Origin: Tubiluchus corallicola
Taxonomy: Eukaryota > Animalia > Priapulida
Assembly (NCBI GenBank): GCA_030141605.1
Contig: JAQGDQ010001181.1
Span: forward strand, 1-57,119
Direction of reading: 5' to 3'
Length of the DNA stretch: 57,119 nt
Shown here: positions 51,714-57,119 of the stretch, in pieces
Layout of the letters: every line of letters begins with the position of its first letter
How positions within the stretch are numbered: position 1 is the first letter of the stretch
Program-made: the position numbers and the translations under genes
Notes under the pieces: model-generated
What the model saw: the letters and a program-made list of their open reading frames with translations, nothing else
Told to the model about the DNA's origin: nothing
Database searches by the model: none

Positions 51714-54700
51714 TTAAGTAATGTAAGTTTGTATGGAAAATTTATTGGGATACACTTTAAAATTCCCCTTTCTTTTCCGTTAAGGAATATAAGAAAACCA
51801 ACGATGGCAACTTTGGAGTGTAACTGAGACGTGTGAGTCACTGCTACAAACCCTACACGTATGTATTACACGCCTCGTTCTTATCGTTTAAGAGGTCTGA
51901 AGGGCTATGAAAGTGCATTGTCTTTCACGGAATGTGGCTTGTGTTTTGATAATCTTGAATACGAAAGAAGCAGAGTGATCCAAGGTCTTTCTTTTATGAT
52001 AGTGAAGTGGCAGTCGTGCTAGTAAAAATCAGCTCACTTTTCTGCTCTTTTGTAAGGAAGTTGCGACTTTGAACGTTTCTTTGGGATGTAGCTATTCTCG
52101 GTGTTTTTCTGCTGGTTTAGGTTGTGATAGTATTGTGTTTTGGTTGTCCAACCATGTGTTGTCACCTCCATTACACCCCCGCCCAGGCATTCTTGCATCT
52201 ACAAGTCCCTGAATGGGTGTCGGTTGGTTTAAGCATAATTGGAATGCAGTGCAGATATTTTTAGCTCCCACTATTTGTCAAAAGAACTTTGGTCGTGTTT
52301 TGAATAGATCTAGACGGTGTGTGAAATCTATTCATGATTCTGATTTGCCTTGAAAAGAGGTCTTTGTGTCGTCCTTTCCTCGTGTCGTCCCACAACCACA
52401 CACGCTGTTTTGTGTGTAGTTTGTTTATGCAGTTACATTTGTTAGGGAAAACTCGTTGTGGTGCACTTGCAAGGCTTGGGATGATCACTTTTACGTTCCT
52501 TACAGCTGGTTACTCTCCCAGATGCCATCTATTTAAGCTTGGTTCACATGACCTCAAACCTGCTTATTTGAGGTAACAACCCTACGTTTTACTAGTGGTT
52601 GGAATGCATGTGCACATCGTATAGTTGTTATGTAAGTGAGTTCTTATTTCGACAACGTAGTATCCATTTTTTTTCCTATTTGTTTTTAGCTCCTTTTTAT
52701 TTTTTTATATTAATTTACCAATTTGTCATCTTGAAATGGATTTCGTTTCGTAGCTTTATGAAATAAATGAATTAATCTTTACATTTTGCAGCTGAAGTTT
52801 ACAAACTTAGCACCCTGGCTTCAAACACAGAAAGTAAAATAGGAAAGTTAAAGCAAAAAATAACACAAAGATAGGACAGCAATTCAGGAAAGGTTTCCCG
52901 TATTGGCTTACCTCATCAGCGAAATGAATTAGAAAACTTCAAATTTATGCGACGCGGGTGTTTTGCTGTTTTCAGACACAATTTCAATCACAGTTTCACC
53001 AATTTTTCCCTCGGATCGCTTATATCTGGAATTCCTTGCCGTAATATTGTTTCCTTATTTGCTACAATCCGACTTGCTTCAAGAAGAACGTATATCTAGC
53101 TAACTCTCATCGCTAGCAGCTATTGCATTTAAATTAACAGCTAAATTAATTTCAGGAATTGTATTTCTGTGCTCACGGTGTCACCCCATTCTACTGTACC
53201 ACCTCACCTCCGCTAAAGCAGTCACAGAAAACCTTTTGAAAGGACAAGAAAATGGGTATCTGAAGTAGGTTTCAGAAAAATTACCTTAAAAAATGATACT
53301 ATTTTACAGCAATTTTACGCGTATATCGTACTCTTGTTAAAAGGAATTTTTGTTTGTTCTCATTTTAAATCTCCCGCAAGATATTGTTGCGACTACGCCA
53401 TTACATGACGTCATATACGCAGAACGTAAATCAGGGGAAGAAAAGGAAATGTTAAATTATGTCCAAAAATTCTCCATGCAAATCTGCATTGCTTAGCATG
53501 TGACTTACCTACTGGAAAGACTTATTTAACTAGACTAATAATTTAAAATGTTTGTGCCAATTGGTAAAATGTGGATGGCTTACCCTCCAGGGTGCGCCAC
53601 TCGCTAGCCGAAAATGTATTTTTAATCTTATTGACAAGATACAGTAATTTAAAATTTTACTTAGTAACATGTGTGCTACGAGTGCTCTGATTATTTTTTT
53701 AACTTGTTTCAAACGACCTACCTTCAAAATGGCTGCGCCTAACGGGAGTTTAAATTTACAAGTTTTATACAGCGTTACGGCCGACGCAAGCCCTGCACGT
53801 AAAAAGGCAGTACGTAAGTGGTATAAAATTTCAATGTGAATTTTTTAAGCTTTACGTAAGTGAAGGGTTTTCTTGTGCAGTGAGATCAAAAATTTACATG
53901 CACATTATAAATTACCGTATCATCGACTGTAGCTGGAAGTTGTGTATTTAACCAATGGTGACCTCGAGTGACCTTGTGACTCTTCGTCTAACTGAATGTA
54001 GTCAAGCTGTCATCACACTCACGCTGAGAGAGACCCTCGACCACAGACACGGTGTTTGCGTGACCTTGACCAAGGTTTAGCCACTTCAGTTGTTTACACA
54101 TAGCTTGGAAACCCAACTCTCTCTGTATGAACTCACACAGTAAGCTAACACGCGGAAGACATACAAACATTCTGTGTTCTTGGAGGACTTTCACTCTTAG
54201 GTTCTCCGAGTCTTAATTGCTTTGATGCAGGAGACGTGTAATTATGGTCTATGGCAGGTATTTCCACGTCCCGTATTCTCTTCAAGGTATGAGAACAAGT
54301 GCTTCATGTGTATAGCTGGTATATAACCTTCCTACCATTTGGAATAAGCCTACCACATGTTTAATTGCCTTGGAAAAATTACCATAATAGTTTGTGAAAG
54401 TCATTTTTGAAGTTGCTGTTCAGTCAGTTTGTTATGATTGAGTTTAAGCACAGAGAAGTATGAATAGGAACCAAAAATCTATAATAAATATTTGCACTGC
54501 ACACAACAGAAAAGTGTTTATTGAACTACAGAAAATATGAGTAGCAAAACTGCTGCACTAAACATTGAGCAAAAAAGCAAAAAACAGTCAGTAAAACCTG
54601 TTTCACAGCCAGTATACAGATATAGAACTTGACCTAGGCAGAGTTGCACAGGCTTCACAACAACCATTAATTTTAGATAGGGAGAGGACCAGTGTGTATG

Positions 54701-57119
54701 TATTCACTGGACCATACAATTATACTGAAGGTAAGTCAGCTGGTAGAACGTAACAAGATTAGCACATAGATGACAGCACCTAATTACAATGTACAATTCC
54801 AACTTCCACGTAGTTGAACATATGAGACCTGTGACAGATTAGCAGGACGTTTTAGGTTTTCTAAATTGGTGTCATCAAATCTTGCAATACTGGTATCATT
54901 ATAAAGAAAATCTGGTATTTCATAACAAAAGTAAAATCGAAATTTTTTCGTATCAATGGCACCATCTACCCAGTTCTTAGTAAGAAAAATCTTGCATTTT
55001 TCGTTGGCATGTTAGTTAAAGAGAAAGACAACATTATTTACCGTTTTTCATCTTAACACACAGCACTAATGACTATTTAGTCACTTGCATAAATTTTTAC
55101 AAACAATGCAGGTAACGATGCAACACACAAAATAACGAATAACATATTCAGGGCGTTGACAGTCGCTAGTCTCGAACTCAAGATTGTGTGAATACAGTCC
55201 GAAATCTGGACCACTCGGCCACCTAACCCGGGAAAATGCTTGCTGGGATTGCTTTGCCCTGCTTTGAAGTGTCAACATGGCTTCTCTCTGTGACCGTAGT
55301 TCAGTATAGACCAGTGAAAATTATATTTGTATGTCAGTGCCCTTCCCAGGTGGTACTTAAAAGGTACTATGTTGTTTAGGTACTGGGTTTGCAGATGGTA
55401 ATTAATTTACGATTGTGGCATGCTGCTTGTTTGTATACGTAATTTTTAGCTACACAATTAGTATTAATCATTTTTAGTTAAGTTCTGGCAGGTATTTTGC
55501 ACGATAACGTGGTAACTTTTGGACGATATGTCTTACATATTGTATATTTCGTGGTGCAGAGTTATTAATGGCACAAGAACATATTTTACTGTTTAGTAAA
55601 ACCAAAATCTTGATAATGTTCTAACTTATCTAAAATTAGACGTATAAGATGTTCTTGCAAAGTTGTGTCTAATGTGGCTTGCATATTGTCAAGTTCCAAC
55701 GTGCGTGCATTTTTTCTGACAACATTGATTGTTTACGTGTACGTGCATGCATCAGTAACGCTTTTACAGTTTCACCTTCAAGATTAATTGCCTTGTTTAG
55801 TTAAGCCTCAGCAGTTCTTCAGCTTGCTTATTTGCGATTTAATGAGCTTGATTGAGGTGTGTTTGCTTACCTGCTCGTGTCTTTCTAATCCTGACTGTCA
55901 TACTAAAATGCCCAGTCTGCGTGGACGATCCACTAACAAGCTTCTTCTCCTTGAATAGAGAGAAAGAAGCCAGACTCATTCTAATACGAACGTCCGTGCC
56001 AGCTAAATGAAACGAAGGAAGCCCAGGTCACTTTTATCAACGAAATTTGCGTTACATTGGCCATTGGAAGGCAGTGTGAAGGATCCAATTAAGTATGGAG
56101 ACCTGGGCAAGCGTGTTAACGTAACTGTATGTAAAACGGCATTCTGATAATTGCAATAAAAGTTTTGGGTTTCGAAACTATTTTGATGAAATGAGCTATT
56201 CCAAGATGACACACAAAGACGGACAACCCAATCCAATATTATTTCGGGGTGGTTCTAATACTTTCTTGTACGACAGTAGTTTGCAAACTTTTGGCAGTAA
56301 TGCCACTCTAATGTCATGTAGCCCTTTTTATATACCACATTTTAACCTCCCCCCCACAATAAACAACACACAAAATTTTTTAGTTACCCGAGAGAGTTAC
56401 TGTTGTATTCTATTGTCCATTTTCCGAACGATTAATATGTATATTCTATATCCGCATAACTTTGTAAGAATGGACACCTGACTGCAGCTCTTTGGCGATA
56501 GTTTAATGAACATTGCAATAAACACTGTTCGGCGCAACTATAATTAAGATGATCAGACCTAGACCTTGCAAATCTTGTATCATCCATAAGCGTCAACATC
56601 GCCAGCTTTCCCACCCCAGGGCGCCTCAACACTGAGAACCTCTGGTGAAGAGTGAGGATCGATGTTATTTCAGAATGACGCTGGTAAGAGAGTTTAATTT
56701 AATGTAGACGCTCTTGTAATGCATACGCATTAAGCCAGGAATGAAATATGGGCTATATTTGTCTGTCAGCAAAAGTAAATGGAATGATTTTAATTCACGC
56801 GTGTAACGCATATTATCAGATAACAGCGGCAGGTTATCATTAGCTCACCCAGAGCATGCCAGAGAAGCTAGTGACAGATCTTCACTTCCTGTGCCCAGCA
56901 TCAGCAGCAGCTGAGAAGCCAAGAGTGTGGCGAATCTCTTACCCTAGGGGTTTAGTGACAGTGTTGCAACTACCGGAATTCATCTTGTGTTTTTCGTGCC
57001 CTCTGAATCTTTGTCTCCTCAATCTTGGAAAAAATAACGAGTGTCTCCTCGAGAGCAAAACGACCACAGTTTATATGAATTAAAGTCTGTTATGTGTGTG
57101 GTTTATGTGCAGGAAGATC

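Larger units (their letters stand above)
40436..57119 (-). repeat. Right arm of giant inverted duplication (truncated by window end)
   Basis: Last bases gtgcaggaagatc are the reverse complement of 22089-22101. Confidence 0.99.

Noticed and set aside
22089-57119. Arms as TIRs of a giant transposon or virus; near-equal arm lengths (16677 vs 16684) as a sign of selection
   Set aside because: No transposase, integrase or viral ORF in the spacer or arms; the length balance comes from unrelated indels and an arbitrary window edge

Overview
Eukaryotic, AT-rich, repeat-dense genomic DNA, most likely from an invertebrate animal; almost all entries in the ORF track are spurious readings of repeats. 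The one well-supported gene is a PHLDB1/LL5-like gene on the minus strand. Four spliced coding exons (9539-9438, 8369-8249, 4891-4709, 2657-2532) join in frame with GT-AG boundaries and encode the N-terminus and FHA domain; the gene continues off the left edge. The introns and upstream region are filled with MITEs (Kolobok-like, piggyBac-like, hAT-like, Tc1/mariner-like), LINE fragments (RTE, CR1/L2, I/R1-like), tRNA-derived SINEs, and mini- and microsatellites. The dominant feature is a giant inverted duplication: 22089-38765 is the reverse complement of 40436-57119 (arms at least 16.7 kb, running to the window edge, with a 1.67 kb spacer). The arms are nearly identical but carry arm-specific SNP clusters, tandem duplications and one retroposon insertion. 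The arms appear to contain a candidate PHLDB promoter/first exon, so the duplication may have produced a head-to-head pair of 5' ends. A haplotype mis-join in the assembly cannot be excluded from sequence alone. Identity levels are judged by eye, not computed.
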